NCBI RefSeq assembly: GCF_009914755.1
Contig: NC_060935.1
Strand: one strand, 5' to 3'
Source of the DNA: the human T2T-CHM13v2.0 reference genome, Homo sapiens
DNA length: 64,000 bases
The notes under the pieces were generated by a model. The model saw only the letters and a program-made list of their open reading frames with translations, ran no database searches and was not told the DNA's origin. Below, piece by piece: positions 12,407 to 42,900 of the stretch. Every line of letters starts with the position of its first letter. The stretch's first letter is position 1. The position numbers were made by a program, and so were the translations under genes.

Positions 12407-14280
12407 CAGAGTTGAATTTTTTTTCAACTTTCAAGTTCACAGAGTTGAACTTTTCTTTTGATTGAGCAATTTGGGAAAAAGTATTTTTGTAGAAACTGCA
12501 AAGGGACATTTTTGAGCTCCTTGAGGCTTATGGTGAAAAAGGAAACATCTTCATATAAAAACTAAACAGAAGCTTTCTCAGAAACTTCTTTGTGATGTCT
12601 GCATTCATCTCAGAAAGCTGAACATTTCTTTTGGTTGAGCAGTTTAGAAAAAGTCTTTTTGTAGTATCTGCAAAGGCATATTTGTGAACACTTTGAGGCC
12701 TATGGTGAAAAAGCAAATATCTTCACATAGAAACTAGAAAGAAGGTTTCTGAGAAACTGCTTTGTGATGTGTGCATTCATCTCATAGATGTAAACGTTTC
12801 TTTTCATTGAGCAGATTGGAAACTCTGTTCTTGTAGAATCTGCAAAGGGATATTTGTGAGCACTTTGAGGCCTATGGTGAAAAAGGAAATATCTTCACAT
12901 AAAAATAAGACAGAATCTTTTTGAGAAACTTCTTTGTGATGTGTGCATTCATCTCACAGATTTGAACCTTTCTTTTGATTGAGCACTTTGGAAACCGTCT
13001 TTTTGTAGCATCTGCAAAGGGATATTTCTGAGCACTTTGAGGCCTATGGTGAAAAAGGAAATATCCTCACATAAAAAATAGAATATTTGTGAGGAACTTC
13101 TTCGTGATGTGAGCATTCATGTCAGAGTGCAACTTTCCTTTTCTTGAGCCATTTGTAAACAGTCTTTTTGTAGAATCTTCAAAGGGATATTTGGCAATGC
13201 TTTGATTCCTATGTTGAAAAAGGAAATATCTTCACATAAAGACTAGAAAGAAGCTTTGTGAGAAACGGCTTTGTGATGTGTGCTTTCATGTCACAGAGGT
13301 AAACGTTTCTTTTCATTGAGCAGGTTGGAAACTCTGTTCTTCTAGAATCTGCAAAGGGATATTTGTGAGCGCTTTGAAGCCCATGGTTAAAAAGGATACA
13401 TTTTAACATAAAAACTAGACAGAAGCTTTCTGAGAACTTCTCTGTGCTGTGTGCATTCATTTCAAAGAGGTAAACCTTTCTTTTCATTGAGCAATTTGGA
13501 AACTCTGTTCTTCTAGAATCCACAAAGGGATATTTGTGAGGAATCAAAAAGGAATTATCTTCACATAAAATTACACAGAAGCATTCTGAGAAACTGCTTT
13601 GTGATATGTGCTTTCATCTCACAGTTAAGCCATTCTTTTGATTGAGCAGTTTGGGAACAGTCTTTTGTAGAATCTGAAAGGGGACATTTGGGAGAGATTT
13701 GAGGACTACGGAGAAAAAAGATATATCATCACATAAAATCTAGACAGGTTTCTGAGATACTGCTTTGTGATGTGTGCATTCATTTCACAGAGGTAAATGT
13801 TTCTTTTCATTGAGCAGATTGGGAACTCCTTTCTCGTAGAAACTGCAAAGGGATATTTGTGAGTGGTTTGAGGCCTATGGTGCAAAAGGAAATATCTTCT
13901 CGTAAAAACTAGACAGAAGCTTTCTGAGAAACTTCTACATGATGAGTGATTTCATTGCACACAGTTGAACCATACTTTTTATTGAGCAAGTTGGAAACCG
14001 TTTTTTGTAAAATCTGCCATGGGATATTTGTGAGTGCTTTGAGGCCTATGGTGATAAAGAAAATATCTTCACCTATAAACTATAAAGAAGGTTTCTGAGA
14101 AACTACTATGTGATGTGTGCATTGATCTCACAGAGTGAAAAGTTCCTTTTTTTGTTCTGTCTGGAAACTCTGTTCTTGTAGAGTCTGCAAAGGGATATTT
14201 TTTAGCACCCTGAGGCCTATGGTGGAAAAGGTAATATCTTCACATAAAAACAAGACAGAAGCATTCTTAGAAACTTCTTT
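12403..14280 (+). repeat. Monomeric alpha satellite, consensus orientation (~11 monomers)
   Basis: Same monomer motifs as 1-9428; internal deletion near 13541. Confidence 0.97.
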
Positions 14281-15309
14281 GGGAGGAGCTAAGTTGGCTG
14301 AATAGGAACAGCTCCGGTCTACAGCTCCAAGCATGAGCAATGCAGAAGACATGTGATTTCTGCATTTCCAACTGAAGTACCAGGTTCATCTCACTGGGGA
14401 GTGCCAGACAGTAGGTGCAGGACAAGGGGTGCAGTGCACTGTGTGTGAGCCAATGCAGGGTAAGGAATCACCTCAGCTGGGAAGCACAAGAGGTCAGGGA
14501 ATTCCCTTTCCTAGTCAAAGAAAGGGGTGACAGATGGCACCTGAAAATCAGGTCACTCCCACCCTAATACTGCGCTTTTCCAACTGGCTTAAAAAATGGC
14601 ACACCAGGAGATTATATCTTGCAACTTGCTCAGAGGAACCTACACCCACAGAGTCTTGCTCTTTGCAAGCACAGCACTCAGAGATCCAACTGCAAGGCAG
14701 CAGTGAGGCTGGGGGTGGGGCGCCCACCATTGCTGAGTTAGTTGTTTGATTAGGTAAACAAAGTGGCCAGGAAGCTCAAACTGGATGGAGCCCATCACAG
14801 CTCAAGGAGGCCTGCCTGCCTCTGTAGGCTCCACCTCTGGGTGCAGGGCACAGATAAACAAAAAGACAGCAGTAACCTCTGCAGACTTAAATGTCCCTCT
14901 CTGACAGCTTTGAAGAGAGTAGTGGTTGTCCCAGCATGCAGTTTGAGATCTGAAAACGGGCAGACTGCCTCCTCAAGTGGGTACTGAACCCCGAGTAGCC
15001 TAACTGGGAGGCACCCCCAGTAGGGGTGGACTGACACCTCACACTGCTGGGTACTCCCCTCAGACAAAACTTCCAGAGGAATGATCAGACAGCAGCATTT
15101 GCAGTTCACCAATATCTGCTGTTCTGCAGCCACCACTGCTGATACCCAGGAAAACAGGGTCTGGAGTGGTCCTCTAGCGAACTCCAACAGACCTGGGCTG
15201 AGGGTCCTGTCTGTTAGAAGGAAAACTAACAAACAGAAAGGACATCTGCATCAAAAACCCATGTGTATGTCACCATCGTCAAAGACCAAAGGTAGATAAA
15301 ACCAGAAAG

Positions 15310-16322
15310 ATGGGAAAGAAACAGAGAAGAAAAACTGGAAACTCTAAAAATCAGAGTGCCTCTCCTCCTACAAAGGAATGCAGCTCCTCACCAGCAATGG
15401 AACAAAGCTGGATGGAGAATGACTTTGACAAGTTGACAGAAGAAGGCTTCAGAATATCAAAGAATTCCGAGCTACAGGAGGAAATTCGAACCAGTGGCAA
15501 AGACGTTAAAAGCTTTGAAAAAAAATTAGATAATGGATAACTAAAATAACCAATGCAGAGAAGCCCTTAAAGGACTTGAAGGAGCTGAAAACCAAGGGAC
15601 AAGAGCTATATGATGAATGCAGAAGCCTCAGGAGCTGATGTGATCAACTGGAAGAAAGGGTATCAGTGATGGAAGATAAAACGAATGAAATGAAGTGAGA
15701 AGAAAAGTTTAGAGAAAAAATAAAAAGAAATGAACAAAGCCTCTAAGAAATATGGGACTATGTGGAAAGACCAAATCTACGTCTGATTGGTGTACCAGAA
15801 AGTGATGGGGAGAATGGAACCAAGTTGGAAAACACTCTGCAGGATATTATCCAGGAGAACTTCCCCAATCTAGCAAGACAGGCCAACATTCACATTCAGA
15901 AAATACAGAGAACGTCACAAAGATACTCCTCAAGAAGAGCAACTCCAAGACACAAAATTGTCAGATTCACCAAAGTTGAAATGAAGGAAAAAATGTTAAG
16001 GGCAGCCAGAGAGAAAGGTCGAGTTACCCACAAAGGGAAGCCCATCAGAGTAAGAGCTGATCTCTTGGCAGAAACTCTACAAGCCAGAAGAGAGTGGGGA
16101 CCAATATTCACCATCCTTAAAGAAAAGATTTTTCAACCCAGAATTCCATATCCAGCCAAACTAAGCTTCATAAGTGAAGGAGAAATAAAATACTTTGCAG
16201 AGAAGCAAATGCTGAGAGATTTTGTCACCACCAGGCCTGCCCTAAAAGAGCTCCTGAAGGAAGCACTAAACATGGAAAGGAACAACCAGTACCAGCTACT
16301 GAAAAAACATGCCGAGTTGTAA
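15310..16322 (+). pseudogene. L1 #2 ORF1p, disrupted
   Basis: MGKKQRRKTGNSKNQSASPP (15310) and RPNLRLIGVPE...YPAKLSF (15762-16322), separated by frameshift/stops. Confidence 0.93.
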
Positions 16323-16385
16323 AGACGATCATGGCTAAGAAGAAACTGCATCAACTAATGAGCAAAATAACCAGCTAACATCATA

Positions 16386-20200
<3,815 letters not shown>

Positions 20201-20428
20201 ACAAAGGGAACACAAGGACAGAGGAAGGAGAACATCACACACCAGGGACTGTTGTGGAGTGGGGAGAGGGTGGAGGGATAGCATTAGGAGATATACCTAA
20301 TGTTAAATGACGAGTTAATGGGTGCAGCACACCAACACTGCCCATTTATATGTATGTAACAAACTTGCACTTTGTGCACATGCACCCTAAAACTTAAAGT
20401 ATGATAATAATAAAATACAATGAAAAAA

Positions 20429-33990
<13,562 letters not shown>

Positions 33991-36900
33991 GTGTCTAGCT
34001 TTTATGTGAAGATATTTACTTTTTCAGCATAGGCCTCAAAGGGCTTCCATGTATCCCTTTGCAACTTCAACAAAAAGACTGTTTCCAAACTGTTCAATCA
34101 AAACAAAGGATCAACTCTGTGAGATGAGTGCACACATCCAAAGAAGTTCCTCAGAAAGCTTCTGTGTAGTTTTTATGTGAAGACATTTTCATTTTCACCA
34201 TAGGCCTCAAAGGGATCCCAAATATCCCTTTGCAGAATCTACAACAATACTGTTTCCAAACTGCTCATTGAAAACAAAATTTCAAATCTGTGTGTTGAAT
34301 GCACACATCACAAGGAAGATTATCAGGAAGTTTCTGTTTAGTTTTTATGTGAAAATGTTTCCTTATTCACCATAGGCCTCAAACGGCTCAGAAATATCCC
34401 CTTGCAGATTCTAGAAAAAGACTGTTTCCAAACTACTCAATCAAAAGAAAGTTTGAACTCTGTGAGATGAATGTATGCATCACAAAGCAGTTGCTCAGAT
34501 AGTTTCTTTCTAGTTTTTATGTGAAGATATTTCCTTTTTCTCCATATGCCTCAAAGCACCCTCAAAAATCCCTTTGCAGATTCCACAAAAAGACTGTTTC
34601 CAAACTGCTCAATGAAAAGAAATGTTCAACTCCGTGAGAAGAATGCACACATCATAAAGAAGTTTCTCAGAAAGCTCCTGTCTAGTGTTTAGGTGAACAT
34701 ATTTCCTTTTTCACCATAGGCCTGAAAGCAATCAGAAATATCACATTGCAGATTCTAGAAAAAGACTCTTTCCAAAATGCTCAATCAAAAGGAAGTTTCA
34801 ACTCTGTGAGATGAATGCACACATTACAAAGAAGTTTCTCAGGAAGCTTCTGTCTATTTTTTATATGAAGATATTTCCTTTTTCACCATAGGCCTCAAAC
34901 AGCTGAGAAGTATCCCTTAGCAGATCCTATAAAATGCCTGTTTCCGAACTGCTCAATCAAAAGAAAGTTTCAACTCTGTGAGATGAATGCACACATCACA
35001 AAGATGTTTCTGAGAAAGATTCTGTCTACGTTTTAGGTGATGATATTTTCTTTTTTGCCATGGGGCTCAAGGGGTTCCTAAATATCCCTTTGCAGATTCT
35101 ACAAAAAGACTGTATCTAAACTGTTCAATCAAAAGTAAGGTTCAACTCTGTGAGATGAATGCACACATCAAAAAGAAGTTTCTCAGAAATCTTCTGTCTA
35201 TTTTTTATCTGAAGATATTTCCTTTCCATGGTAGGCCTCATAGCACCCTGAAGTGTCCCTTAGCAGATTCTACAAGAAGACTGTTTCCAAACTGCTCAAT
35301 AAAAAGAAAATTTCAACTCTTTGAGATGAATGTATACATTACAAAGACGTTTCTCAGAAAGCTTCTGTCTACTATTTATGTGAAGATATTTCCTTTTTCA
35401 CCATATGCCTCGAAGGGCTTCCAAATGTCCCTTTGCAGATTCTACAAAAAGACTGTTTCCAAACTGCTCAATCAAAAGAAAGGTTCAACTCTGTGAGATG
35501 AATGCACACATCACAAAGTTTCTCAGAAAGCTTCTTTCTGTTTTTCTGTGAGGATATTTCCTTTTTCACCATAGGCCTCAAACCGCTCAGAATATCACTT
35601 TGCAGATTGAAAAGAAGACTGTCTCCAAACTGCTCAACCAAAAGAAAGTTTCAACTCTGAGATGAATTCATGGATAACAGAAACGTTTCTCAGAAAGCTT
35701 CTATCTAGTTTTTATTTGAAGATATTTCCTTTTCCACCATAGGCCTCTAAACGCTACAAATATCCACTTTCAGATTTTCCAAAAAGAGTGTTTCAAAACT
35801 GCTCAATCAAAAGAAAATTTCAATTCTGTGAGATGAATGCACGTACCACAAAGAAGTATCTCAGAATGCTTCTCTGTAGTTATTATGTGAAGATATTTCA
35901 TTTTTCACCATTTGCCTCAAAGGGCTCCCACACATCCCTTTGGAAATTCTACAAAAAGACTGTTCCCAAACTGCTCAACCAAAAGAAAGTTTGAACTCCA
36001 TGAGATGAATGTACACATCACAAAGAAGTTGCTCAGAAAGCTTCTGTGTAGTTTTTATGTGAAGATATTTCCTTTTTCAACATAGGTCTCAAACTGCTCA
36101 GAAATATCCATTTGCAGATTCTACAAAAAGATGGTTTCCCAACTGTTAATCAAAAGAAAGGTTCAGCTCTTGGAGATGAATACACACATCACAAAGAAGT
36201 TTCTCAGAAAACTTCTGTCTAGATTTTATGTGAATATATTTCATTTTCACCATAGGCCTCAAAGGGATGGCAAATGTCAGTTCGCAGATTTTACAAAAAG
36301 ACTGCTTCAAAACTGCCCAATCAAAAGAAAAGTTGAACTCTCTGAGATGAATTGACACATCACAAAGAAGTTCCTCAGAAAGCTTCTGTCTATTTTTTAT
36401 GTGAAGATATTTCCTTTTTTTCACCTTAGGCCTCAAATTGCTGAGGAATATCCCTTTGCAGATTCTAGAAAAAGACTGTTTCCAAAGTGCTCAATCAAAA
36501 GAAACGTTCAACTCTGTGAGATGAATGCACACATCACACAGAAGTTCCTGAGAAATATTCTGTCTAGTTTTTATGTGAATATATATCCTTTTTCACCATA
36601 GTCCTCAAAGGGCTCCAAAATATCCCTTTGCAGATTATAGAAAAAGACTGTTTCCAAAATGCTCAATCAAAAGAAAGGTTCAACTCTGTGAGATGTATGC
36701 ACACATAACAAAGAAGTTTCTCAGAATGTTTCTGTCTAGTTTTTATGTTGAGATATTTCCTTTTTCAACATAGGCCACAAACAGCTCACAAAAATCACTT
36801 GTAGATGGTTGAAAAAGACTGTTTCCAAACTACTCAGTCAAAAGGAAGTTTCAACTCTGTGAGATGAATGCATACATCAAAAAGTAGCTTCTCAGAAAGC

Positions 36901-39900
36901 TTCTGTATAGTTTTTATGTGAAGATATTTCCTTTTTCACCTTAGGCCACAAATATCTCAGAAACATCCCTTTGCGTATTCTAAAAAGACTGTTTCCAAAC
37001 TGCTCAATCAAAAATAGGTTCACATCTTCTAGATGAATGCATAAACCACAAAACAATTTCTGAGAAAAAAATCGGTCTAGTTTTTATGTGAAGTAAATTT
37101 CTTTTTCAAAATAGGCCTCAAACATTTCCCAAATATCCCTTTGCCGATTGTAGAAAAAGAGTGCTTTGAAACTGCTTGATCAAAAGAAAGGTTCAATTCT
37201 GTGGGATGAATACACACATCACAAAGAAGTTTCTGAGAAGGCTTCTGACTAGTTTTTCTGTGAAGATATTTCCTTTTTCACCATAGGCCTCAAAGGGTTC
37301 CCAAATATCCCTTTGCAGATACTACAAAAACTCTTTCCAAACTGCTCAATCAAAAGAAAGTTTCAACTCTGTGAGTTGAATGCAAAGATTACAAAGAAGT
37401 TTCTCAGAAGACTTCTGTCTAGTTTTTTGTCAGGGTATTTCCTTTTTCACCATAGGCCTCAAACCACTGAGAAATATCCCTTTGCAGATTCTACAAAAAG
37501 ACTGTTTCCAAACTGCTCAATCAAAAGAAGTTTCAACTCTGTGAGATGAATGCTCGCATCACAAATAAGTTTTTCAGAAAGATTCTGTCTAGTTTGTATG
37601 TGAAGATATTTCATTTCTCAAAATAGGCCCAAAAATGCTGTCAAATATCTCTTTGCGGATTCTACAGAAAGACTGTTTTGACACTGCTCAATCAAATAAA
37701 GTTTCAACTCTGTCAGTTGAAGGAACACAAAACAAAGAAGTTTCTCAGAAAGCTTCTGTCTAGTTTTTACGTGAAGATACTTCCTTTTTCACCATAAGCC
37801 CCACACCGCGTAGAAATATTCCTTTGCAGATCCCACAAAAAGACTGTTTCCAAACTGTGCAATCAAAAGAAAGTTGCAACACTGTGAGATGAATGCACAC
37901 TTCTTCAAATCTGTGAGATGAATGCACACATCACAAAGAAGTTTCTCAGAAAGCTTCTGTCTAGTTTTTTTGTGAAGATATTTACTTTATCACCGTAGGC
38001 CTCAAACCACTCAGAAATATTTCTTTGCAGACTTTACAAAAAGACTGTTTCCAACCTGCTCAATCAAAAGAAAGTTTCTACCCTGTGAGATGAATGCACA
38101 CATTCCAAAGAAGTTTCTGAGAAAGCTTCTGTCTGGTTTTTATGTGAAGATATTTTCTTTTTCACCACAGGCCTCAAAGGGCTCCCAAATATCCCTTTGC
38201 AGATTCTACAAAAAAAAAACTCTTTCTAAACTGCTCAATCAAAAGAATATTTCAACTCTGTGACATGAATACACGCATCACAAATAAATATCTCAGAAAG
38301 CTTCTGTCTAGTTTTTATATAAATATATTTCCCTTTTCGCCATAGGCCTCAAAGGTCTCCCAAATGTCCCTTTGCAGATTCTATAAAAAGAATGTTTCCA
38401 AACCGCTAATTCAAAAAAATGTTCAACATTGTGAGATGAATGCACTTATCACAAAGTAGTTTCTCAGAAAGCTTCTGTCTGGTTTTTATGTGAAGACATT
38501 TCCTTTTTCACCACAGGTCTCAAACATGTCAGAAATATCCCTTTGCAGACTGTACAAAAAGAGTCTTTCCATACTGCTCAATCAAAAGAAAGTTTCATCT
38601 CTGTGAGATGAATTCATACATCTTCAAATCTGTGAGATGAATGCACACATCACAAAGAAGTTTCTCAGAAAGCTTCTGTCTGGTTTTTATGTGAAGACAT
38701 TTCCTTTTTCACCACAGGTCTCAAACATGTCAGAAATATCCCTTTGCAGACTCTACAAAAAGAGTCTTTCCATACTGCTCAATGAAAAGAAAGTTTCATC
38801 TCTGTGAGATGAATTCACACATCTTCAAATCTGTGAGATGAATGCACACATCACAAAGAAGTTTCTAAGAAAGCTTCTCTCTAGTTTTTATGTGAAGATA
38901 TTTACATTTTAGTATAGACCTCAAAGCCTCCTCAAATATCCCTTTGCTGATTCAACAAAATGATTGTTTCCAAGCTGCTCAATGAAAAGAAAGGTTGAAC
39001 TCTGTGAGGTGAAAGCACACATCACAAAGTAGTTTCTCAGAAATCTTCTTTCTAGTTTTTATATGAAGATATTCCCTTTCTCACCATGGGCCTCAAAGGT
39101 ATCCCAATTATCCCTGTGCAGATGCTACAAAAAGATGGTTTCCAAACTCCTCAATCAAAAGCAAGGTTCAACTCTGTGAAAGGAATGCAAGCATCACAAA
39201 TAATTTACTCAGAAATCTTCTGTCTAGTTTTTATGTGAAGATATTTCCTTTTTCACCATTGACCTCAAATGTCTCCCAAATATCCCTTTGCAGATTTTAC
39301 AAAAAGGATGTTTCCAAACTGCTCAATCAAAATAAAGTTTCAACTCTGTGAGATGAATGCATGCAATGGAAAGAAGATTCTCAGTAAGCTTCTGTCTAGT
39401 TTTTATGTGTATATATCTCCTTTTTCACCATAGGCCTCACAGGGATCCAAAATATCCCCTTGCAGATTTTACAAACAGACAGTTTCCACACCGGTCTACG
39501 AAAAGATAGGCTCATCTCTGTGTGATGAATGCACACATCACCAAGAAGTTTTGCATAAAGCTTCTCTCTAGTTTTATTGTGAAGATATTTCATTTTTCAC
39601 CATAGGCCTCAAAGCAACCTCAAGTATCCCTTTGCAGATTCTACAAAAAGACATAAGCTGCTAAATCAAAAGAACGTTTCACCTGTGTGAGATGAATGCA
39701 CACATCACAAAGAAGTTTCTCAGAAATCTTCGGTCCAGTTTTTATGTGAAGATATTTCCCTTTTCACCATAGGCCTCTAAGGGCACTCAAATATTCCTTT
39801 GCAGAGTCTACAAAAGACAGTTTCCAAACTGCTCAATCAAAAGAATGGTTCAACTCTGTGGGATGAATGCAAGCATCACAAAGAAGTTTCTTAGAAAGCT

Positions 39901-42900
39901 TCTGTCTAGTTTTTATGTGAAGATAATTCCTTTTTCACCACAGGCCTCTAAGGGATCCCAAATATCCCTTTGCAGATTTTACAAAAAGACTGTTTCCAAA
40001 CTGCTCAATCAAAAGAAAGATTTAACTCTGTGAGATGAATGCATGCATCACAAAGAAATTTTGCAGAAAATTTCTGTCTAATTTTTATGTGAAGATATTT
40101 CCTTTTTCAACATAGACCACAATGCACCCTAAATATCCCTTTGCAGATTCTATAAAAAGACTGTTTCCAAGCTGCTCAATCAAAAGAATGGTTCAACTCT
40201 GTGAGATGAATGCACGTATGACAAAGAAGTTTTTCAGAAAGCGTCTGTCTGTTTTTTTGCAAAGATATTTCCTTTATCAATATATGCCTAAAATCGCTCA
40301 GAAATACCCCTTTGCAGATTCTACAAAAAGACTATTTCTAAACTGCTCAATCAAAAGAAAGTTTAAAATCTGTGAGGTGAATGCACACATCACAAAGAAG
40401 TTTTTCAGAAAGCTGCTGTCTAGTTATCATATGAAGATATTTCCTTTTTCACCATAGGCCTCAAAGTGACATGAAATATCACTTTTCAGATTCCAAAAAA
40501 GATTGTTGCCAACCTGCTCAATCAAAAGAAAGGTTCAAATCTGCGAGATGAATGCACACATCACAAAAGGGTATCCTAGATAATTTCTGTTTAGTTTTTA
40601 TGTGAAGATAAATCCTTTTCAAAATAGGCATCAAAGGGCTCCCAAATATCCCTTTACAGATTGTAGCAAAGCAATGATTCCAAACTGTTCAATCCAAAGA
40701 AATATTTAACACTGTGAGATGAAAGCTCACATCACAAAGAAACTTATGAGAAATCTTCTGTCTGGTTTTTATGTGAAGTTATTTCCTTTTCCACCGTAGG
40801 CCTCAAGGGACTCCCAAATATCCCATTGCAGATACTACAAAAAGACTGTTTCCAAACTGTTCAATCAAAAAAAAGTTTCAACTATGTGTGATGAATGCAG
40901 GCATCACAAAGATGTTTTTCAGAAAGCTTCTCTCTAGTTTTTATGTGAAGATATTTCTTATTCACCATAGGCCTCAAAGGGCTCCCAAATATCCCTTTGC
41001 AGATTCTACAAAAATACTGTTTCCAAACTGCTCAATTGAAAGAAAGTTTCTACTCTGTGAGATGAATGCACACATCTCAAAGAAGTTTCTGAGAAAGCAT
41101 CTGTCCGATATTTACATGACGATATCTCCATTTTCACCATAGACCTCAAAGGTCTCCCAAATATCCCTTTGCAAGCTCTACAAAAAGACTGTTTCCAAAC
41201 TGCTGTATCGAAAGAAAGGTTCAACTGTGTGAGATGAATGCACACATCACAAAGAAGTTTCTCAGAAAGCTTCTGTGAAGTTTTCATTTGAAGATATTTC
41301 CTTTTTCACCATAGGCCTCAAATCACTCAGATATAACCCTTTGCAGATTCTACAAAAAGAAGGTTTCCAAACTGCTCAATCAAAAGAATGGTTCAACTCT
41401 GTGAGATGAATGGAAAAATTAACAAGAAGTTTCTCAGAATGTTTCTGTCTAGTTTTTATGTGAAGATATTTCCTTTTTCACCACAGGCATCAAAGGGATA
41501 CCAAATATCCATTTGCAGATTCTACAAAAAGATGGTTTCCAAACTGCTCTATCAAAAGAAAGGTTCAACTCTGTGAGATGAATTCACGTATCACAAAGAA
41601 GTTACTCAGAATGATTTTGTCTAGCTTTTATGTGAAGGTACTTCCTTTTTTACCATAGGCTTCAATCCACTCAGAAATATCCCTTTGCAGATTCTACAAA
41701 AAGACGGTTTCCAAACTGCTCAATCAAAAGAATAGTTCAAGTGTGGGAGATGAATGCACCCATCACAAAGAAGTTTCTCAGGAAGTTTCTGTCTAGTTTT
41801 TATGTGAAGATATTTCATTTTTTTCACATTAGGCCTCAAACCGCTCAGAAATATCACTTTGAAGATTATCCAAAAAGACTGTTTCCAAACTTCTCAATGA
41901 AAGGAAAAGTTCAACTGTGTGATATGAATGCTCACATCACTAGGAAGTTTCTCAGAAAGCTTCTGTCTAGTTTCCATGTGATGATATTTCCTTTTTCAAA
42001 GTATGCCACGATCCGCTCTGAAATATCCATTTGCAGATTCTACAAATAGATGGTTTCCAAGCTTCTCAATCAAAAGAAATGTTCAAATCTGTGAGATTAA
42101 TGTACGCATCCCAAAGAAGTTTCTGAGAAAGTTTCTGTCTAGTTTTTATATGAAGATATTTCCTTTTTCACCATAGGCCTCAAAGAGCTTCCAAATATCC
42201 CTTTACATATCCTACAAAAAGAATGTCTCCATACTGCTCAATAAAAAAAGATTCAACTCTGTGAGATGAATGCACACATCACAAGGAAGTTTCTCAGAAA
42301 ATTTCAGTCTAGTTTTTATGTGAAGATATTTCCTGTTTCATCATAGTCCTCAAACCACTCCAAAATATCCCTTTGCAGATTCTACAAAAAGACTGTGTCC
42401 AAACTGTTCCATCAAAAGAAAGTTTCAACTCTGTGAGATGTATGCACACAGCACAAAGAAGTTTCTCAGAAAGTTTCTCTCTAGTTTTTATGTGAAGATA
42501 TTTCCTTTTTCACCATAGGCCTCAAAGCTCCCTTTAATATCACCTTGCATCTTCCTCAAAAAGTATGTTTCCAAATCACTCCATCAAAGGAAAGTTTCAA
42601 CTCGGCGAGATGAATTCACACATCAAAAAAGAGTTTCTCATCAAGTTTCTGTCTAGTTTTTATGTGAAGATAATTACTTTTTCAATATAGGCCTCAAAGG
42701 GCTCCCAAATATCCCTTTACAGATTCTAGAAAAGGACTGTTTCCAAACTGCTCAATCAAAAGAAAGGTTAAAGTCTGTGAGGTGAATGCACACATCGCAA
42801 AGATGTTTCTCAGAAAGTTTCTGTCTGGTTTCTGTCCGTTTTTCACAGTGGGCTTCAAAGGGATCCCTAACATCCCTTTCCAGATTCAAGAAAAAGACTG

